Below, piece after piece: positions 11,831 through 24,047 of a DNA stretch of 64,000 nucleotides (the stretch's first letter is position 1; the number at the start of each line of letters is the position of its first letter). The stretch spans positions 806,001 through 870,000 of the forward strand of contig VJWM01000116.1 of NCBI GenBank assembly GCA_010909165.1, given 5' to 3'. The stretch is from Anthoceros angustus (lineage: Eukaryota; Plantae; Anthocerotophyta). The notes beneath the pieces are model-generated. The model saw nothing but the letters and a program-made list of their open reading frames with translations. It had not been told where the DNA came from and made no database searches. Position numbers and translations under genes: made by a program.

Positions 11831-12937
11831 AGGAGCTATTGGTACACGAAGTAATAAGGCACATAACACGAGGCCACGCAAATGGTTTTGCCTTGGCATC
11901 CCATATGTGCATGCGCAAACTAGATCACACCGCCATTGTGCACGAAACCTCCTTTCTCTCAATCCGGGCCCCTTGAGTCCATCCCGGAGGCAGGCAAGCG
12001 GCAAGCTGAAATGGATAGCAAGTAAGGGTCTTTGATGTTTGAAACAAAACTAATCCCACAGCATAAGTGTACCGCACAACATAGGGACGGCGTAAGGGAG
12101 TGGGCGTCAAACGAGCGACAAGGCATCACGCCAACAATGCAGTGGGATGGTGTGGACATGCGCGGTGGGTGCGAGTGGGCACGGCCCCATGACATATGGG
12201 ATGCCAAGGCAAAAACCATTTGCGCCGCCTCGTGATATGTGCCTCATTGTGTTCCACCACTTGAAAGTAAAAGTTTTCGGTTGTAATAAACATATGAAAA
12301 TAGCAGCCCTCTATGCATTCTACTAAACGCAACGGGCCCACACCCTCTGCTCAGCTCGGTGTAGACTTGAAAGTGCATCTTTTATCAAAGGTATGACCTC
12401 GAAAGGGTGTGCGCAGTAGGGCGATATCTTCTAGGAAAGGTGTTCTTCGTGACAAGGGGTGTTGTCTCGGAAGGGGTTACTATATTCCCCTTCAAAAATT
12501 ATCATGTTAGGAGCTATTGGTACAAGGCACATAACACGAGGCCGGCAAATGGTTTTGCCTTGGCATCCCATATGTGCAAAGCCGCAAACTAGATCACACG
12601 CCATTGTGCACGAAACCTCCTTTGCCTCAATCCGGGCCCCTTGAGTCCATCCGCGGAGACGGGCGCAAGCGGCACCCAAGCACGGAAATGGATAGCAAGT
12701 AAGGGTCTTTGATGTTTGAAACAAAACTAATCGCATAAGTGTACCGCACAACATAGGGACGGCGTGTAAGGGAGTGGGCGCCCAAACGAGCGACAAGCGC
12801 AAGGCCCAACGAACGCGTGGATGGTGTGGACATGCGCAGCGGTGGGCACGGCCCCATGACATATGGGATGCCAAGGCAAAAACCATTTGCGCCGCCTCGT
12901 GATATGTGCCTCATTACTGTGTGTACCAATAGCTCCT
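11831..12937. mobile_element. MITE 'B' (~430 bp, ~80-bp TIRs), present twice through a local tandem duplication
   Basis: Left TIR AGGAGCTATTGGTACAC...GGTTTTGCCTTGGCATCCCATATGT at 11831 and ~12509; right TIR ...CCAATAGCTCCT ends at 12937; the first copy is cut at ~12248. Confidence 0.8.
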
Positions 12938-13500
12938 CGAAAAAGAGGTGGCCGCTTGCATCCTGCTATATTTGCGGACCTTGAGAGCTCCGGAGCCAAC
13001 TGGGCGGTTAGTGATGACTGGCGGAGATGGTGTCTCGTGTAGGATCGGTAACCACCACATCCGCCACCAAACCGGTCGCCAGGACAAGGTACAGTGTCAC
13101 CGATTGAACGACCTATCGGAGTATACACCCCACTCCCCTAGGCCATGTCGCTCGCGGCGGCGAACATGACATCGCGAATGGTGTCGTGAGTGGCAATGCG
13201 ATGACCCCCGTGGGGACAACGAGCAAGGTGTACCCCGGAATCATCGAGGCGAGCCACACTGCAAGTAAGGAGGCGAAGAAGCTACAGTGGGCGGCCAAGA
13301 CGGAATCGCATCGCGATGTGAAGGTGGTTGGTGCAATGTGAAAACCCCATATGCGGGCGGGCCGGTGGCCAAGCACTGCGCCTTCCCAAAACAAGAGCGG
13401 AGCCGCTCTTTGTGGACACAGGGATGGAGGGTCTTGAAGGATGACTAGAAAGCCCGCCAAGTCGCTTCTCGAGCGGGGATGCTTGCAACCCCGAAGAGAT
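12938..13500 (-). mobile_element. Upstream part of the CRE-like LINE (zinc knuckle/RLE region), frameshifted
   Basis: GFHIAPTTFT, MRFRLG, 'ggggtacaccttgctcgttgtccccacggg' (GVHLARCPHG) and ATWPRG; collinear with 52040-52510. Confidence 0.8.
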
Positions 13501-13596
13501 GCTTGCAACCCCCTGAAACCATTAGTAACCACTCTTTAGCAAATCCATCCAATTGGACAAAGAGATTGTTATCATTTCATATTACGAATGTGTTTC

Positions 13597-13908
13597 ATGA
13601 TGACTTAGCTTATGTATATTTTACATGTCTCATCGTTTCATATTGCTCATTTGTTTCATGATGGCTTGTGTTATAAGTACTTTTACATATATGTCTCCAA
13701 GACGGCTAGGAATCAATGAGTGCTAGCACAACATTACATATGTAAGTTCAATCTGCTTTTTTTTATGTGAATAAATGGAGTATTTACATTCCACTCATGG
13801 CCCCAAAGAAGCTTACAAGGCGGAAATAATAGGCTAGAAGTCTCAAGAGACCTAACAACAGGCTAGAAGTCTCGGGGGACCTTACAATAGAAGTATCGTG
13901 GAACTTTA
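13597..13908. repeat. Dispersed repeat 'C', copy 2
   Basis: Matches 1404-1716. Confidence 0.9.
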
Positions 13909-14079
13909 CAACATCACGGGCAAATATCACAAATGCGAGATCATATGTATATGTAGCTGAGATCATATGTATATGTAGCTGAGATCATACATCTTATATC
14001 TATGAGATCATATAGATTACATATTCGGGATTATATATAAGAAATAATATATCAAGAGAAACTCGATATCATACATTAG

Positions 14080-14234
14080 GTAGCTCGAAGGGCAACGGCG
14101 GCTAGCTCGAAGGGCAACGGCGGCCAACTCGAAGGGCAACGGCGGCCAACTCGAAGGGCAACGGCGGCCAACTCGAAGGGCAACGGCGGCCAACTCAGAA
14201 GGCAACGGCGTCCAGCTCGAAGGGCAACAGCGGC
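14080..14234. repeat. 22-bp minisatellite, ~7 copies
   Basis: Unit CTCGAAGGGCAACGGCGGCCAA. A separate 22-bp unit (gagatcatatgtatatgtagct, ~2.5 copies) lies at ~13936-13990. Confidence 0.9.
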
Positions 14235-14978
14235 TCTCCTACGGATAAGACGTGAAATCATTAAAGCCTTACAAGAGGGCCAACAGGGCTACACAACAAT
14301 CAGGCCAGTGGCCAAGCGTAATTGGGATGGATGTCACGCCATCCGGGGGCGTTCACTTCAGCGGGGAGTCCAGGTCACTACTCAACGGAGATTAGGTGGC
14401 CCCTACTCCCTACTCTTGATTTTGAAGAGTCGCATCACCCCACTTCGCAAAAAACCAATTGCGACGTCGAATACGTGTTGAAGCATTACAACATACCGTG
14501 TGGCAAGTTGCAACTGCTGACAATTATTGTCATTTTGTAGTACAGTTGACATGGACGAGGGAGGTGAAAAAAATAACTAAACACTTGGGAGTTCAGACAA
14601 AAGTAAATACCCGGACATTTTCAAGATAAGGTAAGACTCACTTCCTGCACTAGCGAAATACTAGTTGAAGACATTTGCGGACCAAAAGGGCAGAAGTGCA
14701 GTGCAGATCACAGGAGAGTCAACCTGGCTGGATTCGTGTTCTAAACTGCGAAAGAGCTGTACACAATTGCTAAGAGCCTTATCAGCGAAGAGACAAGCAA
14801 ACCATCCTCAGGCCACATCCGGAGCGAGCAAGGACAGGAAGCCTATCATTCGGAAATTCTGTCAAATGAACTGCACCTTTTCCTCCAAACTTGCAGACTT
14901 CGATGATTGACTTTGCAAAGTACAGCAGATCAACTCGTCGACAGATCTGAAGGGACCGGACCGAGCACATGCCTCAGC

Positions 14979-16350
<1,372 letters not shown>

Positions 16351-17313
16351 TTATTTCCGTTACCTAATAGAAAAGCTATTTTTATACATTAAAGTAACTT
16401 CTAGAGAGAAACCACGAACTTCCCCGCAAGGAAACTCCCCCGTCAGGGAGGCTTTCCCCCAGGGAATCCTTCCGTTCGTCCCAGACTGCCTGCGTTGGAA
16501 ATTTCGGGCTGGAGGCACTATGTGGAGTCAAAAGTTACCAAGAGTTAGCCTAGTGGGTTAGAAGTGAACGTAAGAGCGAGGAGCGAGCTGTGGGTTGGGG
16601 TGCCTTGCGGGACCAGAGGTCATTGCTGCGTGAGCAGACTCACATGTGGAGTGGTGACGCGTTCAGCCCGAGGAGCACCATGGTTCCATAACCTTGCCAA
16701 GCTGCACCAGAAAAGGTAAGAGACCACCCATCACCAACCACTTTGAAAGGATCTGAAGCTCCACACCATGACAAAAACGACCCTGCTGCAAGCCATGCTA
16801 TGCTGCGCCATGTGCCAGCCAACAAAGTTCAAGTTTGATGAACAACAAATGGCTCAACCTCAAAACCTGAAGCCAGAATGACGGTTGGTCAGATCCAGCA
16901 TCTGTGCAATGTGAAGTATCATCTCAACAATGCAGTGACAAGGCCCTCTACTGTGTTCTTGGTCTGAAATATGGGAGGCGGCGGGGATAGAGTACTTGAC
17001 AAAGGGCGTTTGGAGACGTTCAGCCACTGAGAAGGAGAATTGTTTTGACGGGCAGATGCATTACGGTTTTTCAGGAATTGGCAAACAGCATGGGCACACA
17101 GGTACAGCATTGCATGAACAGGACCAAGGGGCCGTGGCACAAGGGTCAATAGAGAGACCATCCTCACACCTCTCTTCCCCAAGTATGTCTCACTCAACTG
17201 CATGAGACTGAAACCAAGCATACTGCACAACATCTGTGACCATGCCCCTCGGGGGCCTAGCATGCACACATGAATGAATTCAGTTGACAGAATCAAGAAT
17301 CACACAGTTGTCA

Positions 17314-18951
17314 CTACTGCATCATAGAGTGTTGTTGATCAGGTGGCTCTTTCTTAGGCTCATTGCAAACTCGTTGAAGCAGGTCCTGGATTTTGGACAT
17401 CATAAGCATCTGTGAGGGACTACCCTCGGGTCGTGAGTTTTCCTGTAACTTTTCAAACAAAAAGCGGCGCTCCGCCTCAACTTCATTGAGACGAAGCTTC
17501 AGGTACCTGGTGGCGTACTCCTCTTCAACTTTCTCAGACTTCGCTAACACAATCCGCTGAAGCCCATCCGCCTCCCGCCTTGCCTCATCTGCACGCGTCT
17601 GAAACATATCGGCCTCCGCTTGCTTCAACTTTACAATACCCTCCAGCTCCTCAATCTGCTGCCTCTTCCGTTTCTTGTCAAACTGCAGCTCCTCCAACTC
17701 CTTCCTCTTGTCTTCTAACTCCCTATCGCACATCTCCAGCGCCAGACGGGCCTTCTTCTTATCCTGAGCCTTCTCCTCAGCAAAGGACTGCATCTTGGCC
17801 ACGGCCTCCTGCACCACTTCAGCGATGCGGTTGCACGCCTCCCGAGGCTCCATATCCCTCCCTCCTTCACCATCCAAACCATCCCCGTCATCTGACTCCA
17901 CCTCTGCAGCAGCATGTCCCCCACGGGAATAGGTCAACACAGCAACACAAAGCGAAGCAGGCGCATGCACAGCACTGGGGTTTCCATGCAACGACAGCAG
18001 CAAACCAAACAAACCTTTAAAGAAGTTGAGCATGTCCTGCGACGCAGCCTCAGTCCCGAGCCCCGTCTTGAGCCTGTCCAACACCTCCTCCGCCTTCCAG
18101 TAAAGCCGCTTGCCCCTGGAATCCTCGCTCCCGTGAAAAATCCTCCTCACACAGTCCACCTCCTTCATGAAAATGTCATGCTCCCACTGCGCCGCGCAGC
18201 TCCTGAACACATCCTTCACCCAGCCGAGCAGCTCGGACGTAGACCTACACGCCTTGCACCGGAAAATCATCTCCACAGCGGCGGCCTTGCCCCCGCCCTC
18301 CCCGGACCGCAGGCTGGGGCCCATGCAAATCTGGCCGTCCCGGATGGCGCAGTCGGTGTGCGACCAGTGGAGGCAGAAATCGCATCCCACCCAGCGGCAG
18401 GTATTCACATCGAAATCGAACTTGTTGCACACGATGCACATGCAGGCGTTGCAGAATCCCGTTTTGGCGGCGCACACTTGGCAGGAGCAGTTGTCGGAGG
18501 GGAGCTGGTTCTGGCACGCGATGTTGCGGCAGCGCGCGTGGAAGAAGACCTCCACCATGGCCGTGTGCGTGACGCTCACGGTGGGGTGCAGGAAGGCCTG
18601 AATTCCGGTCTTGACGGCCACCAGGATCTCCAGCTGCGCGCGGTGCGCCCGCATGAGCGCGTCCTGCGTCACGTCCTGCCGTGCCTGCAGAATTTCCTGC
18701 AGCATGACGAACTCCTCCCGGTTGTGCGGCCCCGCCACCCCGCCAAGAATGTCCCGCAGCTCCGCCTTGAGCTGCTCCAGAAACTCGTCCGCCTGCTCCT
18801 TCATCCGCTCGGCCATGGCGTCCACTGCCTCCCGCACCACATCCTGCAATCCTATCGTGTCGCTGATGGCCAGCCGGTGCACCACAGTCTGCTCGCCTTC
18901 CTCATGGTGCCGCGGCATCCGCGATTGCTCCACACGCTCCACCACGTGCAT
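17314..18951 (-). CDS. OBE: OBERON (OBE1/2-like) PHD-finger coiled-coil protein; exons 18951-18015 and 17903-17314
   Basis: AHRAQLEILVAVKTGIQAFLHP, RCRNIACQNQLP, GFCNACMCIVCNKFDFDVNTCRWVGCDFCLHWSHTDCA, KQAEADMFQTRADEARREA. A 111-nt in-frame GT-AG intron at 18014-17904. The start codon is uncertain. Confidence 0.95.
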   Translation of the reverse strand: MHVVERVEQSRMPRHHEEGEQTVVHRLAISDTIGLQDVVREAVDAMAERMKEQADEFLEQLKAELRDILGGVAGPHNREEFVMLQEILQARQDVTQDALMRAHRAQLEILVAVKTGIQAFLHPTVSVTHTAMVEVFFHARCRNIACQNQLPSDNCSCQVCAAKTGFCNACMCIVCNKFDFDVNTCRWVGCDFCLHWSHTDCAIRDGQICMGPSLRSGEGGGKAAAVEMIFRCKACRSTSELLGWVKDVFRSCAAQWEHDIFMKEVDCVRRIFHGSEDSRGKRLYWKAEEVLDRLKTGLGTEAASQDMLNFFKGLFGLLLSLHGNPSAVHAPASLCVAVLTYSRGGHAAAEVESDDGDGLDGEGGRDMEPREACNRIAEVVQEAVAKMQSFAEEKAQDKKKARLALEMCDRELEDKRKELEELQFDKKRKRQQIEELEGIVKLKQAEADMFQTRADEARREADGLQRIVLAKSEKVEEEYATRYLKLRLNEVEAERRFLFEKLQENSRPEGSPSQMLMMSKIQDLLQRVCNEPKKEPPDQQHSMMQ

Positions 18952-19389
18952 TCGGACCCGGAATTGCACCTCTACACTACCTCCCCTCCACCCTCCAGCC
19001 CCGCCGTGCCTTCTGCCTTGTGCCTTCTGCCTTGCGCGTTCCTTTCCTTACACAACACAAACCGCTCTCATTTACACTTCGCACTACGCACTAGCCTACT
19101 CTAACGTCCTCCTAGAGTCAACCCAAGCCCACGTCACTCCCGTTTTTAGGTTTCTTCTTCCTGTACGCCCTCTCTCCGCCCTCCCTCTTCGCAGAGAAGA
19201 TGCCCTGTCTTCTTCTCCGACTTGCCACACTTTTTTTTAGCGAATTGCGAGACTTTATAGATGGATGTTCGGAGACTTTATATGTAGATGGATGTTCCAA
19301 CACTACCGGTATATAGATGGAAGGTGTACTTGGTCATGCGCTAGTTAGAGGTCCCAATTCAGAACGAGTCCCTACCCGGACAGCGTATG

Positions 19390-21716
19390 CAAGCATGTTA
19401 TCATCAATCCTCCGGGTTGGGCTGCAGAGGGATGTGTGAGAGCAAAGGTTCACAAGTACTCACTGCAAGAAGGCCATGCCTTTATGACCATCGGGCTGCG
19501 AGAGGGATGTGTGAGAAAAGGTTCACAAGTACTCACTGCAAGAAGGCCATGCCTTTATGACCCTTGCCATCACGGACTATGGGCAAAGATTTCTCCAAGT
19601 TCATCAAGGCTATACCAAGGCCTACCACATATGCAAGAATGAGGTTGGTCTCCCCTATCATATGTGGTGGCTATCTTCAGGCAACATGTGTCCATCGCTC
19701 TACAGAAGGCGTTGGTCAATGTAGTGTACAAGATGGCGCAGTCGGTGTGCGACCAGTGGAGGCAGAAATCGCATCCCACCCAGCGGCAGGTATTCACATC
19801 GAAATCGAACTTGTTGCACACGATGCACATGCAGGCGTTGCAGAATCCGTTTTGGCGGCGCACACTTGGCAGGAGCAGTTGTCGGAGGGAGCTGGTTCTG
19901 GCACGCGATGTTGCGGCAGCGCGCGTGGAAGAAGACCTCCACCATGGCCGTGTGCGTGACGCTCACGGTGGGGTGCAGGAAGGCCTGAATTCCGGTCTTG
20001 ACGGCCACCAGGATCTCCAGCTGCGCGCGGTGCGCCCGCATGAGCGCGTCCTGCGTCACGTCCTGCCGTGCCTGCAGAATTTCCTGCAGCATGACGAACT
20101 CCTCCCGGTTGTGCGGCCCCGCCACCCGCCAAGAATGTCCCGCAGCTCCGCCTTGAGCTGCTCCAGAAACTCGTCCGCCTGCTCCTTCATCCGCTCGGCC
20201 ATGGCGTCCACTGCCTCCCGCACCACATCCTGCAATCCTATCGTGTCGCTGATGGCCAGCCGGTGCACCACAGTCTGCTCGCCTTCCTCATGGTGCCGCG
20301 GCATCCGCGATTGCTCCACGCTCCACCACGTGCATTCGGACCCGGAATTGCACCTCTACACTACCTCCTCCACCCTCCAGCCCTGCCTTCTGCCTTGTGC
20401 CTTCTGCCTTGCGCGTTCCTTTCCTTACACAACACAAACCGCTCTCATTTACACTTCGCACTACGCACTAGCCTACTCTAACGTCCTCCTAGAGTCAACC
20501 CAAGCCCACGTCACTCCCGTTTTTAGGTTTCTTCTTCCTGTACGCCCTCTCTCCGCCCTCCCTCTTCGCAGAGAAGATGCCCTGTCTTCTTCTCCGACTT
20601 GCCACACTTTTTTTTAATAGCGAATTGCGAGACTTTATAGATGGATGTTCGGAGACTTTATATGTAGATGGATGTTCCAACACTACCGGTATATAGATGG
20701 AAGGTGTACTTGGTCATGCGCTAGTTAGAGGTCCCAATTCGAACGAGTCCCTACCCGGACAGCGTATGCAAGCATGTTATCATCAATCCTCCGGGTTGGG
20801 CTGCAGAGGGATGTGTGAGAGCAAAGGTTCACAAGTACTCACTCTGCAAGAAGGCCATGCCTTTATGACCCTGGCCATCGGGCTGCAGAGGGATGTGTGA
20901 GAGAAAAGGTTCACAAGTACTCACTCTGCAAGAAGGCCATGCCTTTATGACCCTTGCCATCGACGCTCACAGACTATGGGCAAAGATTTCTCCAAGTTCA
21001 TCAAGGCCTATACCAAGGCCTACCACATATGCAAGAATGAGGTTGGTCTCCCCTATCATATGTGGTGGCTATCTTCAGGCAACATGTGTCCATCGCTCTA
21101 CAGAAGGCTGGTCAATGTAGTGTACAAGATGGCAGCAAGCGTAGGGGATTCTAGCATGTTAGCATCAATCCTCCGGGTTGGACTACGGAGGGATGGGTGA
21201 TAGCAAAGGTTCACAAGTACTCACTCTGCGAGGGATGGGTGATAGCAAAGGTTCACAAGTACTCACTCTGCAGGAAGGCCATGCTTTTATGCCCTTGCCA
21301 TCGACACTCACAGGCTATGGGCAAGGATTTCTCCATGTTCATCAAGGCCTGTACCAAGGCCTACCACATTCGCAAGAATGGAGCTTTCGTATGTGGTGGC
21401 TGTCTTAAGGCAATGGTTGTCCATCACTTTGCATAGGGCGTTAGTCAATGCAGTGTACAAGAGGGCAGCAAGCATAGGGGATGCCAGCATATTATTATCA
21501 ATCCTCCAGGTTGGGCTGCGGAGGGATGTGTGATAGCAAAGGTTCACAAGTACTCACTCTGCAGGAAGGCCATGCCTTTATGCCCCTTGCCATCGTCACT
21601 CACACACTATGGACAAGGATTTCTCCATGTTCATCAAGGTCTGTACTAAGGCCTACCACATTGGCTTGAATGGGTTTGGTCTCCCATTTCTTATGTGGTG
21701 GCTGTCTTCAGGCAAC
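19390..21716 (+). repeat. Tandem array (~300-bp units) of degenerate CRE-like LINE C-terminal segments, interrupted by the OBE duplicate
   Basis: Units read approximately AKVHKYS.LQEGHAFMPLAIDTH.AMGKDFSKFIKACTKAYHI.KN...RQHVSIALQKALVNVVYK, which aligns with the 51790-52090 peptide. Confidence 0.75.
19733..20330 (-). pseudogene. Partial duplicate of the OBERON 5' CDS (part of a ~1.39-kb tandem duplication)
   Basis: Near-identical to 18343-18951 apart from several small deletions. Cut inside the PHD finger at a GATGGC junction. Confidence 0.8.
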
Positions 21717-21938
21717 CCTCTAGGGCACTAACAACTCACAGCCCTGTAGTGTATAATGTTTTACAATGGGTGGCCCCTAGGGCCATGAAGTTGGGGGATG
21801 GATAACTCCCCATCCTAGACCTGATCCGTCCCCAAGGAGGTTTAACTGTTGAGTTCATTGATGTGTGGATATCACTCCTTGAAGGGAGGACCCTTGTATG
21901 CACCCTAGCAGACTCTCAAGCTTGCGGATGCATACAAA

Positions 21939-22400
21939 CAAGTTTAAGTTCAAGTTTTATTGATAATGTCTCCCGGCGATGAACTCGCACGAGGGAGTCC
22001 TGCGCCCCTTTCCAAGGGACAACAAATTTGATTACAATGATACAGAACTTGAGGGGCCCATACTTCATGGATCAAAGTCTTGGGGCCATATTTCATAGCA
22101 CAAAATTTCATGAGGGCCATGTTTCATGTCACCAAAGTTCATGAGGAGCCACATTTCATGACATAAAAGTTCTCAGGGGGCACTTTTTATGACATAAAAG
22201 TTCATGAGGGCCATATAAACAAAAAGTTTCAGAGGGGCCATATCACACACGAGAAAGGGAGAAAGAGAAAGGGGGAGGGAGCTGGAAGGGAGGGAGCAGG
22301 GAGGTAGGGGTAGAGGGGTAGGGAGGAGGCAGGGAGGTAGGGTTGAGGGGTAGGGAGGAGGCAGGGAAGGGGGAAAGGACTAGGGGTAGGGGGCACTGCT
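21939..22400 (-). mobile_element. SINE/LINE-like 3' end with hairpin, AATAAA and (AACTTG)n tail; internal ~30-bp tandem repeats and a pyrimidine-rich 5' part
   Basis: Minus strand: ctccctcgtgcgagttcatcgccgggag...tcaataaaacttgaacttaaacttg. About 6 degenerate gggccata-tttcatg-aaagtt units at 22050-22243. Confidence 0.5.
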
Positions 22401-22852
22401 GAATGTCAAAAAAAGTCTTTGCACCAAGGACGAAACCAAGAACCATTAGCCATTTCAGTTCGGAGTATGAGACCCGATTTGGAACAGAGATATTGGGAAA
22501 TTGTTCAAATATTCAATTCATATCAGAATAATATAAAATTCAATATACCTATTTGTATCTTACGCTTGATTGATCTCAGTATGAAACATCAGAGAAATAC
22601 TCTTATCATATTGTTATTGAAACGGCTTACGAATTGTTCTGGCGCTACCGAGTGCGGTTCACTTGCTTTTCCTAATTGAAAGCATTCTCGGTCGGCTTAC
22701 CAGAAACAGCGATGCTATCAAAGGACGTGTAAGATGCTCGCTGGTGGTGTGAGGAAGTCAAGAATGTGCCAGGACGGCTGTTCGGAGGTTGGGAACTGCC
22801 ATCCCTTGCATGTCCGATCGTTCTGGCTATGGTTGAATGCAGATTTCGCAAT

Positions 22853-23670
22853 CTAGGGTTTTGTCATCGGGGAAGAAGTACCAAGCTTGAGCCACTGCTC
22901 CCCCTGGCTCTTGTGCTTGGCCAGCATCTCTCTGCACAATTGACGGCGACACGCAGCTCGACTATGAAGCGACAGAAAGCAGACACTATGTTTCAGAGCA
23001 AACACCACAAGAGCCACTTGTTCCTTACCTTCGCTCCTCAAGCAGCTTTTCGTTCGCAGCCAACCTCTGTCTCTCTGCTTGGACACTCTGCAAGTTGGAG
23101 AACGTTGCTTGCTTTTAGGACAACCTATCTGAAGCAGAGGCAACCAAACTCCAACTACTGGCCATGTCCTCTGACGCAAAGAAAGGACAAAAGTACTCCA
23201 CCGTAGACGTCAAGGAACTGGGAAAGTTGTTCAGAATCGTTTGGCACTTGTCAAAAGACAGAACAAATTCACTTAGCTGCGAGGGCAACACTTCCGAATC
23301 AGTCACAACACCCCCCTCCGTCCCCTGCCCTCCCCAGGACTCCGCAGCTGAGCATAAGCCTCTACAATTCAGACAGCGAAACCCACCAAGCTATCCAGCT
23401 GCTGGTCCCGAGCTCCCCTTTCCATAGCCTCAGCCACAGCCTCTGCGAGCTGCACACCACCACGCCACAGCAATCAGCATGCTGGATACCGGAATTCACG
23501 CTCCCGTTGCAGCATCAGGTCATCACAGAGCGCACCGGCAAGAGATTGAAGTGGGAAGCCAGATCCTCGTGCCCATCTTGCTGCTGCTGGAGCACCTGGA
23601 ACTGCTGTTGCTGTTGCTGCTGCTGCTGCTGCGGTTGGAGCTGTTGCGCATTCTGCCCCGCCCAAGCCAT
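22853..23670 (-). CDS. MED9: Mediator subunit 9; 5 exons (23670-23536, 23449-23387, 23276-23202, 23087-23029, 22931-22853)
   Basis: Spliced product: polyQ-DLASHFNLLP|LAEAVAEAMERGARDQQLDSL|LSEFVLSFDKCQTILNNFPSSLTST|SVQAERQRLAANEKLLEERR|EMLAKHK. This matches the plant MED9 pattern (SLASHFHL.PL.E.LAD..E.G.RDQ.SDAL...FDKCQQLLNS). All introns are GT-AG; the exon 3 donor is weak. Confidence 0.88.
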
Positions 23671-24047
23671 GGGCAGGCAATCAGTTGCCCGATTACAGTG
23701 TTTCCCACCGCAAACCACGCTGTCAAGCAGGATGTTAGCGACGCGCTGAATCAGGCGACAAAACCGAACCGGTGGGTCCCGACGCCTTCGGACCGTAACC
23801 CTCAGCAGCCCGCTCCGAATGGTTGGAATTCGGGTGAGCCGCCTCCCCGTCCCCAGCGCTCAAATCTGCCTGGGCCCTGAAACTGCGCGGGGGTGTGGGA
23901 TATATAGTGCGGCCACCGGTAGGAAGCTTTCCTTTCAGAAATTCTTGAGCCGGATTAGAGGCCAAGAGGTCTCCAGGGCAGCTGCTGTGGAAAGAATCAG
24001 AGAAACCGAATTGTCGAGGTGACTGAAGGCACAAGGCCCATTTCAGG

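Noticed and set aside
13510-13526. 16-bp match cccctgaaaccrttag with ~53941, both beside CRE fragments
   Set aside because: It lies on opposite sides of the LINE fragment at the two loci, so there is no consistent element-end model; probably chance.
17914-19240. Long + strand ORFs (396 aa, 209 aa; also 19664-20617, 15911-16561, 51016-51645)
   Set aside because: Antisense shadows of GC-rich real genes (OBE, UBC, PCD) with no recognisable motifs.
23479-23880. PolyLeu/polyCys + strand ORFs as upstream PPR exons
   Set aside because: They are the reverse complement of the MED9 polyQ exon.
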